Shown: positions 39,885 to 50,296, counted from the stretch's first letter. The stretch: DNA of 64,000 nucleotides from Candidatus Poribacteria bacterium (GCA_965247285.1 CBDFHD010000003.1:82795-146794), one strand, 5' to 3'. The notes: generated by a model not told the origin, from the sequence alone. Numbers and translations are program-made.

Positions 39885-40468
39885 ATGGCAGAGAAAATGT
39901 CGTGCCCATTTTGTGGCACCCACGTTGAATACGCTATCGAAAATTCTCCCGATTGGTACCGAGATCCGTCCCTACCCGTCTACCGAATCGATTGTCATGA
40001 TAAATGTAGACAGTATTGGCTTGAAGGGATTTCTGACCCGTACCCACAGATTGATCCCAGTATCCTTACCTTCTTGGATTCACTCAATGATGAACCTGGA
40101 TTACCTCGAAAGTCGAAGCGGCACTTGAAATCGATGGGGACTCTTCGGCGGCGGAGTTTGCGAAACTATCCGCTCTTCCTTCGCGCTTCTCACGGTTTGT
40201 CACAGAACAGGGTGAAGGACAAGACGTTTTTGGACTGATTCATTTGGATCTGGAACCACATAATATCGTTATCTCGGAGGGGCAACCCTGCCCAATTGAC
40301 GTGATCGGCTTGGGATTTGGGTATTATCTCTCAGATATTCTGACTGTTTCACGCTATTTTAGTGAGGATGAACAGGCGATTTTCTTTGAGAGTTATCAAG
40401 AAATCCGCTCGCTACCCGAAGACTACCCTCAACAGCTGGCTCTATTTGAAGAGTTGTGCATGCTGTAA
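39885..40468 (+). pseudogene. Chimeric pseudogene: Zn-ribbon-like N-terminus joined out of frame to an APH/choline-kinase-like phosphotransferase C-terminus
   Basis: CPFCG...CHDKC start with RBS; a second frame from about 40094 reads TWITSKVE...FGLIHLDLEPHNIV...PID...GFGYYLSDI...FFESYQEIRSLP. Confidence 0.65.
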
Positions 40469-40872
40469 CCTATCTGTGGGAATACGTCGGGTGTGTAAAT
40501 ATCTTGGCAGCATTCTGCTGTGGAAGCGGTGTTTACTACAAAAGACACCTCGTCAAAACACATAGCACTCCGCTGGAGTGCGGCTATAGAGAATCCCGAG
40601 TTCTATTCTCACTGAGAAGCAATATCACGCCGCTGGCGTGAAGAAAGATTTAGAAGGAATGTTTATCTGTAAAGATATCCCTTTGCATCAGCGGTGGAAC
40701 ATGTCTATAGTGAGATGGGGTTAGCGGGCAGTGCTGCTCTTTGCTCCAGCGGAGCAACATTTCTATAGAAAAAGAACTTTACACACCCAATACGTCCGTT
40801 CTGATTGACCTACCTTCACATCTATGATAACATGTCTGCACAAAAGATACGGAATGTCTAAGGAGTCTCCAC

Positions 40873-42264
40873 ATGGAACATCGTTATCTTTTCCTCGATC
40901 TACATCATATCACCCGAATCGAAAGACTTTACCGTCGGATGCACCAACCCCAACGGCATCCCGATAACCCAGTGTTACGCGGTGAGAATCCGTGGGAGAG
41001 CGTTGCCTCCCTCTACGGCACAGTCCTCTACGATCCAGGGAATTCGCTCTTCAAAATGTGGTATCTCACAGGACCCTACGTCGATGGAATGGTGAAAATC
41101 CGTCAACGGGACGCACTCGGCAATATAACACTCCTCGGCTATGCCACCTCAACCGATGGCGTGCATTGGGAGAAACCCATCCTCAATCAGGTCGACTTTG
41201 AAGGTAGCACCGAGAACAATCTGGTTGACATTGGACGCACAAACTGCGAAGGTGCCGCTATCATCTATGATACGCACGAAACGGATCCGACCCGTCGTTA
41301 CAAGGGGTTTTATTGGGAACACGGCGGGATCGACACCTTCATTCAGCACGAAGGACGGACGCTCTGGGGACGTGGGGACGGAGACGGTATGTGGATGTCT
41401 TTTTCACCAGATGGCGTTCACTGGACGAACTGCGAAACCAATCCCGTCATCCCGCTTGATAGCGATACCACCCAATCCTTAGTGTGGGATCCCAAAATAC
41501 AGAAGTACGTTGTCTTTGGGCGATTCGGGTCAGGTGGACGCAAAACCGCTCGCGCCGAAAGTCCGGACGCAATCCACTTCAGCGAACCGAAGCGGGTGTT
41601 TGAATGCGACGAAGTTGATGAAGAAGGTACCCAAATTTACGGCATGCCCATCAATCTCTACGAAGGCATCTATCTCGGTATGATCTGGGTCTATCGCGAA
41701 GGCGTTGATGGCACGATTGACACATCCCTCGCGATGAGTCGTGATGGTGTCCACTGGCAACGCGTCTTGGATCGTCAAACATTTCTCTCTCTTGGGCAGA
41801 CAGGCAGTTGGGAAGATGGGATGGTGAGAATCACCCAGAATTTCGTCACACGCGACGACCAGATATATTTCTACTACGGCGGCGTGAACGGACCACATAC
41901 TGGCAGGAAATTCAAGCAGGTCGAGCGCAAGCACACATCCATGCTCGGATTGGCGACGTTGCGACGTGACGGGTTCGTCTCGCTCGACGCAGATGAAACC
42001 GAGGGGTACATGCTAACGAAGCCTTTGACGCTCAATGGTGGGGAATTACACCTCAATGTTGATGCCAATCAAGGCTATATTATCGTCTCAGTCACCGATG
42101 ATACAGGCGAAGCCTTAGAGAATTATGTCTCTGATCAGATCGTCGGGAATCAATTAGAGGCAGGGGTTGAATTTAGCCGTTCACTGGGAGCACTCAAAGG
42201 GAGAGAGGTCCGACTCCGATTTCAAATCAGGAACGCAAGCCTGTATTCCTACTGGTTTGCCTAA
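40873..42264 (+). CDS. Putative glycoside-hydrolase-like five-bladed beta-propeller protein
   Basis: YATSTDGVHWEKP, SPDGVHW, SRDGVHW, LRRDGFVSL. Confidence 0.7.
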   Translation: MEHRYLFLDLHHITRIERLYRRMHQPQRHPDNPVLRGENPWESVASLYGTVLYDPGNSLFKMWYLTGPYVDGMVKIRQRDALGNITLLGYATSTDGVHWEKPILNQVDFEGSTENNLVDIGRTNCEGAAIIYDTHETDPTRRYKGFYWEHGGIDTFIQHEGRTLWGRGDGDGMWMSFSPDGVHWTNCETNPVIPLDSDTTQSLVWDPKIQKYVVFGRFGSGGRKTARAESPDAIHFSEPKRVFECDEVDEEGTQIYGMPINLYEGIYLGMIWVYREGVDGTIDTSLAMSRDGVHWQRVLDRQTFLSLGQTGSWEDGMVRITQNFVTRDDQIYFYYGGVNGPHTGRKFKQVERKHTSMLGLATLRRDGFVSLDADETEGYMLTKPLTLNGGELHLNVDANQGYIIVSVTDDTGEALENYVSDQIVGNQLEAGVEFSRSLGALKGREVRLRFQIRNASLYSYWFA

Positions 42265-42265
42265 A

Positions 42266-42698
42266 TAACGTGAGTTCGATTAAAGGAGCCTCTCCTTGTA
42301 CCGCAAACTGTTAGTTTGCGCGGAATACGCCACAAACTATGGTGAATTATGAAAATAACTCTCACTGCGAGGCAATTTCAAAAGAAGCGAAAACCCGCCA
42401 CCCCCGCTGGCGAGGTTTCCTAACCTCGCCAATCTTCTGGTGTATAGGTAATTGTATATTTTACCATAAATGAAGTTTCAATAAATAATTCGGTAATTCT
42501 ATGACGGGAGTTTTAGGCAACAAGGAAGTCCACTCCAGCAAATCCGATAAATCCTGTAAATCCTGCTTCAGACGATTAACACCCCACATGACCGATTTAA
42601 ATTCTGAATCTTCATAAAGTTTGTGCTACAATTTATGTCTTTGACACGCGAAAACTGAACTTTTAGGTGGACGAAATATTTAAGTCGAACTCACGTTA
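42266..42698. mobile_element. Family E element containing REPs and nested A-type and C MITEs
   Basis: Outer TIR TAACGTGAGTTCGA...TCGAACTCACGTTA; A-type at 42340-42466; C at 42470-42615. Confidence 0.78.
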
Positions 42699-42744
42699 AA
42701 TAGGGTAACCCTATCGACGAAACTTTCAATCCGAGGAGGAAAAA

Positions 42745-43164
42745 ATGAAACATATCTATCACAAAGAGGATGCCGAGGTCCTACGAATCGAGGGCGAGGC
42801 TCCACGGACGTTGTACACCCTCGTTGAACCGAATACCGTTGGGACTGAACACTTTGCAATGGGATTAGAAGAAGTTGATCCCAATAGCGAAATTCCTATC
42901 CACTCGCACAGCGAAGCCGAGGAGATCATTTTTGTTTATGGTGGGCAAGGCAAAGGGTTCGTCGGTGATGAAGTCGCTGACTTGAAACCCGGCACAGTCA
43001 TCTATATCCCACCCAATGTCGAACACCGCTTTGTCAATACAGGCGATGAACCGCTCTGGATTACATGGACGCTCTCGCCGCCCGGTTTTGAGACGCAGAT
43101 TCGGAAGATTTCTGAGGGTTCCGCTGGAATGGAAGTCTTTAGCGAATCTAAAGACAGTTCCTAA
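42745..43164 (+). CDS. Cupin domain protein
   Basis: PIHSHSEAEE..G.G and PGTVIYIPPNVEHRFVNTG motifs; GAGGAGG RBS. Confidence 0.92.
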   Translation: MKHIYHKEDAEVLRIEGEAPRTLYTLVEPNTVGTEHFAMGLEEVDPNSEIPIHSHSEAEEIIFVYGGQGKGFVGDEVADLKPGTVIYIPPNVEHRFVNTGDEPLWITWTLSPPGFETQIRKISEGSAGMEVFSESKDSS

Positions 43165-43170
43165 ATTATG

Positions 43171-43279
43171 TAGGACTTGCGCATTTTCCCCTTAAAGTCC
43201 TCCTGCCCCTATGATAAGGGGATGTAGGGGGTTGGGGATTTACAGATTAAATGAAACGAATACTCTGCGCAAGCCTCTA
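43171..43279. mobile_element. Degenerate MITE, family J
   Basis: TAGGACTTGCGCA ... TGCGCAAGCCTCTA. Confidence 0.5.
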
Positions 43280-43444
43280 TAGGAAACCTGCGGGAAAATG
43301 TGAGGCATTTTCAGCAAAATATATCCTTTTTCTGTTCAATTTACGTCCGTCCTGATTAATCGGCATCAGAAAAAACACAGTATAGAATTTGTCCAACAGA
43401 AATAGGACGACAATCAAGTTTTAAATTTACAAGGGGTTTCAACG

Positions 43445-43828
43445 TTGCTTATGAATGTTTTTGTAAATCTGACAACTGGTATCGTGTACTTGGAATTTGT
43501 GGCACTTATGGGATTCTTGGTGTTTTTATGCTTCCGAACGCGGTCAAAGGGTTTGATGTTGGTCGCCGCGGCACTCGCCCTCATTAAAGTCAGGTTTCTC
43601 AGTTGGATTGTCGCTACAGTTCTCAACGCATATATGGGGCAATGGGAGCCGGGTCTAGACATAAGGGGCGTGAAATTGCTACGAAGATTGGATATCGCCA
43701 TTATAACCAGTGGTATAGAAGGCGTGTTATGCTACAGTTTAGGTTTACTCGGTGCGTTTCTCATCTACAAAGAGTGGCGACAGGGAAAATTTCGCAATCT
43801 CCAACCTGAACACCCACAAGAACTCTAA
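43445..43828 (+). CDS. Hypothetical membrane protein
   Basis: Three hydrophobic segments; AAGGGG upstream; start could be 43451. Confidence 0.6.
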   Translation: MLMNVFVNLTTGIVYLEFVALMGFLVFLCFRTRSKGLMLVAAALALIKVRFLSWIVATVLNAYMGQWEPGLDIRGVKLLRRLDIAIITSGIEGVLCYSLGLLGAFLIYKEWRQGKFRNLQPEHPQEL

Positions 43829-44318
43829 CGGACTCATTGCATGCGATGCAAGGCATAGTGACCTTGCACTATCACATGGAAACGACTTATTGGTAGTGCG
43901 GTTTCCCAACCGCACCGGGCAACCCACTTCTCGTTGGGGAAGTTTGCAACCTCACTTGTTTTCTAATTCCATGCCATTCTCTTTTCGCTGGCGAGGTCTC
44001 TGAATCTTGTCTGTTCTCCATAGCCCCAGCGGGGCGATATCTCTGTAGAAACGCGTGTAACATATAAATTGAACCCCAGAGGGGTGACATCTCTCAAGAT
44101 ATTGGGTAGATACGTGTGAAAAGAGAATCGCGCTCGCTCCTACAGGTGATATATTACTCATCGCCGGAACTGACAATCGAGAGTTGAATGCTCTGGAAAT
44201 GATATGGTTTCTCTTGATATTTCCCATTGGGTGTGTTACGATAATAGACGGAGCGTATTGAGAGAACCGCAAATCAATATATCCCGGGATTAAACAATGA
44301 CGTTAGGGAGATGACAAC

Positions 44319-45632
44319 ATGAGCATTACCCAATTCACAATGGAAGAGGTTCGTTGTTTTAGCGAACGCCAGACGCTTGAAATTCGTCCCCTAACTTTTT
44401 TGGTCGGAGAAAACAGTACCGGCAAAACGACAGCACTCGCGTGTTTTCAGGTGTTAGCAAATTATTTGTGTGATAGGGGAATGGATTTTAATTCACATCC
44501 TTACTCCATGGGAACCTTTAAGGATATTGTCAGAAATAGCAAGAAAAGAGAGAAAAATTTTAAGCTTGGATTTACTTATAAATACAATAATGAAGATATT
44601 GAAATAACAGTTGAGCTTGTTGAAAAAAAGGCAGGAATAGAACCGGTTGTTAGTTCGATAATGATAAAACTGACTGATGGTGAAATTGTTTTTCGGTCCA
44701 AAGGCACGATGGATAGGGAGGTGCGTTTTGATTCTTATAATGAAGAACGGAATCAATATAGAATAGTTTGCGGAACTGATATATTGAACGAGTTTCCTTT
44801 GTTCTTCTTTTTCCCGCCTTTTGGAGGAAAATCTGAGGGGGAGGTTGCCTTCTCAAAATATTTTGAGAAAAAACGTAAAAAATCTAAAAGAAGCAGCTAT
44901 CTGCCATGGGATCCCCTTAGAATTCTGTCGGTATTTAGTACATCGCCGGTTCGCTCACGACCTAAACGAACTTATGATCCGACGCGAGAATTTAACGATC
45001 CAGAGGGTAGCGATGTCCCTATGCTGTTAATGCGGGTTGAAGCAACTCAAAAACCTGCTTGGGATACTCTGAAAGCGAGGTTGGTCGAATTCGGCAAGAG
45101 TTCTGGGTTATTTCAAAGCATTGAAATAAAAAGTCTTGGACGCTCCTTAGGTGCCCCATTCCAACTGAAATTCAAGGTGAGGGGGCCTAATGCCAATATT
45201 GTTGATGTCGGTTACGGTGTGAGTCAAATTTTACCAATTTTGGTACAGGTTTTAAACGCTGAAACTTCTCGGCGCACGTCACGCGGTTTGCGAGAGACTG
45301 CTTGCTTCTTACTACAGCAGCCTGAAGTCCATTTACACCCGAAAGCACAAGCGGCGCTTTCCTCTTTATTAGCGAAATTGGCAAATGAGGGTAACCGGTC
45401 GTTCGTTGTTGAAACCCACAGCGACTATATGATTGACCGCGCACGCGTTGAGATCAGAAAAGGGACTATCCGTCCCGAAGATGTGTCCCTAATATACTTT
45501 GAACCAAAGGGAAATATTGTCAAAGTGCATAATATAAGTTTTGATAAGATGGGTAACATGGAAGGCGTGCCACCACATTATAGGGATTTTTTCCTAAAGG
45601 AGTCTAAGCGGCTTATGGGGTTTGAGGATTAA
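44319..45632 (+). CDS. ABC-type ATPase (AAA_15/AAA_21-like) with DUF3696-like C-terminus
   Basis: Walker A GENSTGKT, signature VGYGVSQILP, Walker B/D-loop LLQQPEVHLHP, H-loop VETHSDYMI. Confidence 0.88.
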   Translation: MSITQFTMEEVRCFSERQTLEIRPLTFLVGENSTGKTTALACFQVLANYLCDRGMDFNSHPYSMGTFKDIVRNSKKREKNFKLGFTYKYNNEDIEITVELVEKKAGIEPVVSSIMIKLTDGEIVFRSKGTMDREVRFDSYNEERNQYRIVCGTDILNEFPLFFFFPPFGGKSEGEVAFSKYFEKKRKKSKRSSYLPWDPLRILSVFSTSPVRSRPKRTYDPTREFNDPEGSDVPMLLMRVEATQKPAWDTLKARLVEFGKSSGLFQSIEIKSLGRSLGAPFQLKFKVRGPNANIVDVGYGVSQILPILVQVLNAETSRRTSRGLRETACFLLQQPEVHLHPKAQAALSSLLAKLANEGNRSFVVETHSDYMIDRARVEIRKGTIRPEDVSLIYFEPKGNIVKVHNISFDKMGNMEGVPPHYRDFFLKESKRLMGFED

Positions 45633-46064
45633 GTGATGTGTGTGATTTTGGACGCGAATACTTTTGGTAAATTCAGAAATCCAAACGATGAAGATATGGG
45701 ATCTGTGTGGAGATGGTTGAATAACAGAAACGGCAAAATCGTCTATTCCAATACGAAGAAATTTGAAGATGAATGGGAGAGAGGTGGAATGAGCCACTTA
45801 AGAGACCAAATGATGCGGGCCGGTCAACTCAAATTGGTATCTGAAGGTGTAGAAGAAAAAGCGGATGAACTGAAAGGCGAAATAATGTCAAACGACGAAC
45901 ATATTATCGCATTAGCTCTGATAGCTCGGATAAAAGTGCTTATATCTTACCGCGAGGGCGACAGGGATTTGTTTGACGATTTTAGGGATAAGAATTTGGT
46001 TGGCGGCAAAGTATATACGCGAAAAGCACATGCACACATGCTCACTAAGGACACCTGTCCTTAA
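45633..46064 (+). CDS. PIN-like domain protein (putative ribonuclease)
   Basis: VILDAN, EDEWE, SNDEHIIALA, GDRDL acidic residues; begins immediately after the ATPase stop codon. Confidence 0.7.
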   Translation: MMCVILDANTFGKFRNPNDEDMGSVWRWLNNRNGKIVYSNTKKFEDEWERGGMSHLRDQMMRAGQLKLVSEGVEEKADELKGEIMSNDEHIIALALIARIKVLISYREGDRDLFDDFRDKNLVGGKVYTRKAHAHMLTKDTCP

Positions 46065-46113
46065 AACGGATAGTGCGAGACGCTGGTGCCCCGCACTACC
46101 ACATAATTCACCT

Positions 46114-47787
46114 TTACGAAGGCATCCACGTCCGTGGTGCAATCCCTTCCAGATGCGTTTTCACATCCACAACCGCCGGTCTCCCCGAATCCAGTGCCTG
46201 ATCCAGCGCACTCGCGAGTTCACTCGGTTTGTTGACCGTAATTCCAAGACATCCCATCGATTCCGCCATCTTAGCGAAATCTGTATCTGGGAACAGCCAG
46301 AGCTCATCGGAACCCGTTGTCCGTCCACCGTAAACCGACTCAACCCCACCCTGCTCCTGATTCAGTGAGTGGTTGTTGTTCACAACAATGACAGCGTTAA
46401 TCCCGGACTTCATTGCCGTATCCAGTTCTGCTATATGATACCAGATACCGCCGTCGCCTGTGAAACAGACCACGGGTCTATCGGGTTGCGCGCACTTCGC
46501 ACCCATCGCCGCCGGGAGTCCCCATCCCAACGAACCTGAACAACGGATGAAACTCTGATCGGGATGTTTAAAATCGATCATTGTGCCCGTCCAGATACCT
46601 GAATGTCCGGTATCAGATACAAGGATCGCGTCTGATGGGAGATAGTCTGTCAGTTCACGACACAGCCGCTCCGGTAGCATCGGTAATCGCTCCGAATTCA
46701 CTTTCTCGCTGACGTCGTCTTTCCAGTTTTTCACTAATTCCTGGACGCGATTGACCCATTCAGTGCGTGGCTCGGTGGCTTCTGACGCTTCAAGCATTCG
46801 GCGCAGTGTGTTCCGTACATCTCCCTGCATCCCTAACTGGATAGGATAGTTCCGTCCGAGTTCATCTGGGTTAATATCGAGCTGTATAACCGGTGTCCCT
46901 TGTGGCGGAATCTTGTAGCTGTTGGTTACCTGTCCGCCGGTATGACTTCCGATAAAAAAGACAAGGTCTGCTTCACATACTGCTTGGTTAGCACACGCCC
47001 GCGAATAAGAACCCGGAGTCCCAACTGCCAGAGGATGGTCACTGGGGAACATCGCCTTTGCATTCAGGGAGGTCGCTACCGGAATCGAGAGTTTTTCTGC
47101 CAATGCGACAAGTTCCGATCGTGCGTCCGAAGTCGTTACGCCACCCCCTGCCACAATCATGGGGCGTTCCGCATCGGAGAGGAGTCTGAGAGCCTCCGTT
47201 ACCTTTTCTACTTCTGCTTCCGGTCGGAACGGGGGTAATTGAGTGAACGCCTCTTCAATGATTACCTCAAATTCGCCCTCCTGATCGATAACCGACGATC
47301 CCGCGATACCTTCAAAATCGAGATGGGCAGGTCCGGGTGTCCCTGTTGTCGCAGTACGGAAGGCTTGACGTAGATAGAAGGGCAACTGCTCCGGTGTCGC
47401 GACGTATGCACTATATTTCGTGACAGCAGAAAACGGATTAACGTGATCTACCTCTTGGTAAGCATGCCGTTGTTGATTGATTTGGTTTTCCTTGCCGGTA
47501 ATCGCAACCACCGGTGAGCAAGCGAGATAGGCATCTTGTAGCCCCGCGGCGAGATTCACGGCTCCGACCGATTGTGCCATACAGAGGCTGGGACTACGGT
47601 TCACACGAGCGTAAGCGTCAGCCATATACGCTGCTGCTTTCTCGCCGTGCGTCTGGACCCGCTTAATCCCGAGTTTTTCCATCTCCATTAAAGCCCGCGG
47701 TCCGATATACGGCATAAAAAAAACGTGAGTAATCCCATATCCATGGACGGTTTCAGCAATAAATTTAGCACCTGTCATTTTCGACAT
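46114..47787 (-). CDS. Thiamine-pyrophosphate-binding enzyme, acetolactate synthase-like
   Basis: HGEKAAAYMADAYAR, GSLGWGLPAAMGAK, GDGG...NN TPP motif. Confidence 0.92.
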   Translation of the reverse strand: MSKMTGAKFIAETVHGYGITHVFFMPYIGPRALMEMEKLGIKRVQTHGEKAAAYMADAYARVNRSPSLCMAQSVGAVNLAAGLQDAYLACSPVVAITGKENQINQQRHAYQEVDHVNPFSAVTKYSAYVATPEQLPFYLRQAFRTATTGTPGPAHLDFEGIAGSSVIDQEGEFEVIIEEAFTQLPPFRPEAEVEKVTEALRLLSDAERPMIVAGGGVTTSDARSELVALAEKLSIPVATSLNAKAMFPSDHPLAVGTPGSYSRACANQAVCEADLVFFIGSHTGGQVTNSYKIPPQGTPVIQLDINPDELGRNYPIQLGMQGDVRNTLRRMLEASEATEPRTEWVNRVQELVKNWKDDVSEKVNSERLPMLPERLCRELTDYLPSDAILVSDTGHSGIWTGTMIDFKHPDQSFIRCSGSLGWGLPAAMGAKCAQPDRPVVCFTGDGGIWYHIAELDTAMKSGINAVIVVNNNHSLNQEQGGVESVYGGRTTGSDELWLFPDTDFAKMAESMGCLGITVNKPSELASALDQALDSGRPAVVDVKTHLEGIAPRTWMPS

Positions 47788-47919
47788 AGTTCTTTCGTCT
47801 CCCTTTTCGCGTAGCTTGCAAGCGAAAACTTGCTATTAGAAGTCGGCGTGGTTTGCAACACGATGTGAGATTCATTTTATCAGGTTTCGGTGTAACTTGC
47901 AAGCGTGAACTTAGAATTG

Positions 47920-48210
47920 TAGGGCTATTTATATAATTCACCATAGTTTTCCATTTTTCGGTCCGATTTTCATCCCAGACCCGGTAGGAGCGGTTTGATG
48001 AAGTTTCATAAAATATTTCGGTAATCATAGAAAAGCAATTCTCAACCAAGAAGCGTCTGTAATCCTATAAATCCGATAATCACATGAATCCCGGTTCAGA
48101 CAATTACCCTCCCACATTACCGAATTAAATTCCTAATCCTCATGTAACCGCTCCGGCTTCATCAAAAAAAGGCGCGAACCCCTATAACTTCTTAAAACTG
48201 AATGACCCTA
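47920..48210. mobile_element. Family K element containing a GTAG REP split by a C MITE (47998-48143)
   Basis: TAGGGCTATTTA..TAGTTTT and AAAACTGAATGACCCTA ends; GTAGGAGCGGTTTG[ATGAAG...CCTCAT]GTAACCGCTCC. Confidence 0.75.
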
Positions 48211-48358
48211 TGGAATCAGAATAAATTTGGTAAGAAATCCCCAGAGGTGCTATAATTGTCTCACCGATTTTGAAAACATGTTTTGGAAGCCTCGAAACCA
48301 CACCAGAAATTTTCCATAGATGCGGAAATACACCCGCTTCCGCAAGGGAGAAAGCACT

Positions 48359-49204
48359 ATGAAAAGGCTAACCTATTTCCTCATGTCCGCGTTACTTATC
48401 GCCACATTTTCCCATAATGCATATACAGAAACCGTAGTGACAGACGGACTCGTGAGTTATTGGACGTTTGATCGGCAGGACATTGCTGGTGGCACAGTTA
48501 AAGATGTCTGGGGCGAAAATGACGGCACGATAGTCGGTGCTCCGAAAATTGTCGGTGGACAGGTCGGAGAAGCACTTGAATTTGACGGGAGCGACGATTA
48601 TGTCAACCTGACAAACCTTGGAGATTTTGGAGGCAAGGTTGCCGCATCTACCTTTGAAGCCTGGGTTAAAACCAGTTTCAAGAAAGACTGGACGACACTT
48701 TTCAAGGTGCTCGATCAGGGATGCAATATGGCATGGGCTATTGATGTCAACCGGAGTGCAAAAGCAGGTTTCCCGCTCGCTGAGGACATCGTTCACTATT
48801 ACGTCCGTCAGAAATCGGCAGCGGGGTGCAACGCCATCGCTGTTGAGATTGAATTCGCCTTGTCAGATGGCAAATGGCACCACATCGTCTTCGCAATTGT
48901 AGACGCCGGCAAGTCCGAAGTCAGCATCTATATGGATGGTGAACCACAGGAAGTCATTGAAGGTGATGTAAAAAAACTCGACACCTTTATTCCGTTTGTG
49001 GAACCGATCTATATCGGCGCAGCAAACAATCGCGGAAAGGTTGAACGGTTTTTCCCCGGTGTCATTGATGAAGTCCGCATTTACGATCGACCCCTCACAG
49101 CAGACGAAGTGACAAGGAATTTTGAATCGAAAATTGGGTTATCTGTCCAAGCCGCTGAGAAGCTACCTATTGTCTGGGCGACTCTCAAGACAATCTTAAA
49201 ATGA
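48359..49204 (+). CDS. Secreted LamG/concanavalin-A-like domain protein
   Basis: Signal peptide, DGLVSYWTFD, GEALEFDGSDDYV, DGKWHHIV, GVIDEVRIYDRPLT, tail SVQAAEKLPIVWATLK. Confidence 0.9.
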   Translation: MKRLTYFLMSALLIATFSHNAYTETVVTDGLVSYWTFDRQDIAGGTVKDVWGENDGTIVGAPKIVGGQVGEALEFDGSDDYVNLTNLGDFGGKVAASTFEAWVKTSFKKDWTTLFKVLDQGCNMAWAIDVNRSAKAGFPLAEDIVHYYVRQKSAAGCNAIAVEIEFALSDGKWHHIVFAIVDAGKSEVSIYMDGEPQEVIEGDVKKLDTFIPFVEPIYIGAANNRGKVERFFPGVIDEVRIYDRPLTADEVTRNFESKIGLSVQAAEKLPIVWATLKTILK

Positions 49205-49277
49205 TGAACAAAACGTCTTTAGAACGCCGAAATCTGTTATAGTTCAGACGCACGTTGTTTCTCCGCAAGGTAAATTA

Positions 49278-49391
49278 TAGTAAAGCCTATAATTACTTGG
49301 ACGCTCTAAAGAGGCGAGGATACAATCCTCGCCAGCGGCGGTGGGGTCGTTGTTCGCTGACTAACTGTCCACATATTTTTGGACTTTACTA
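49278..49391. mobile_element. 114-bp MITE, family A, copy 3
   Basis: TA-flanked; two substitutions relative to copy 2; inserted in a CCGCAAGGTAAATTA motif. Confidence 0.8.
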
Positions 49392-49510
49392 TAATAACCC
49401 GTAGCCCGTAACGTAGTGGAGGGCGGGTTTCGGGAACGCCTCCAATAGTTCAAACGCACGTTATTTCTCCGCAAGGTAAAATTAAAAATCCGCAAGGTAA
49501 AATTAAAAAT

Positions 49511-50296
49511 ATGCTAACACCTCATGAGAAATGGTTCTTTGATCACCACGGATTCATTATCCTTCGCAAAGTTGTTCCTGCCGAGGATATCGAGCGAATG
49601 ATTGAACTTGGCAATCAGTGGCACGACACGCCCTTGGATGAGCTTCCACCACCGCTCACCTCTACGTCCCGAACCGGTACTACTTCACCGACAATTGCCC
49701 ATTGGATTAATCATATCCAATACGGCGATCCCGTTTTCCAACGGCTTGTGCTTAACCGAGAAATTATGCGAGTGGTTATCGCCCTCACGCGGGGGGCTCC
49801 TTGCCTCGTTGATTGTGCCTTGACGAAGAATTACAAAACCTCCGATGACATCCACTTCCATGCCGCCGGTCAAGATTATAGTGTAGAAGAATCAGGACCC
49901 CGTGCGGGTTTCCTCAACACGGGTATCTCCTTGGTGGATGTGCCACCCGGAACAGGGTTCGTCTGTCTGCCCGGAAGCCATAAGCGTAACTTTGAACCAC
50001 CCGATAACCTCTCGATTTACGATGGACCGCCGACAGTTATCAACATCCCTGTCAACGCCGGTGATTGTGTCATCTTTACAGAAGCACTCTATCACGGCGG
50101 AAGACGCTGGACAGAATCCTATCCGCGCTTCACTATTTTCAATCGGTACATTGATAACGGATCACACCGTGCTTTCCCTATTGAAAGCCATAAACACCTG
50201 ATTTCGGATGAGGTTTATGAATTGGAACAGCCCGCAATTCAGGGGCAACGAAAACAGGTCGTAGAACGTATCCTAAGTGAATTGGATGCAGATTGA
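49511..50296 (+). CDS. PhyH-like Fe(II)/2-oxoglutarate enzyme (HxA variant)
   Basis: EKWFFDHHGFIIL, HFHAAG, GFVCLPGSHK, AGDCVIFTEALYHGG, PRFTIF. Confidence 0.82.
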   Translation: MLTPHEKWFFDHHGFIILRKVVPAEDIERMIELGNQWHDTPLDELPPPLTSTSRTGTTSPTIAHWINHIQYGDPVFQRLVLNREIMRVVIALTRGAPCLVDCALTKNYKTSDDIHFHAAGQDYSVEESGPRAGFLNTGISLVDVPPGTGFVCLPGSHKRNFEPPDNLSIYDGPPTVINIPVNAGDCVIFTEALYHGGRRWTESYPRFTIFNRYIDNGSHRAFPIESHKHLISDEVYELEQPAIQGQRKQVVERILSELDAD

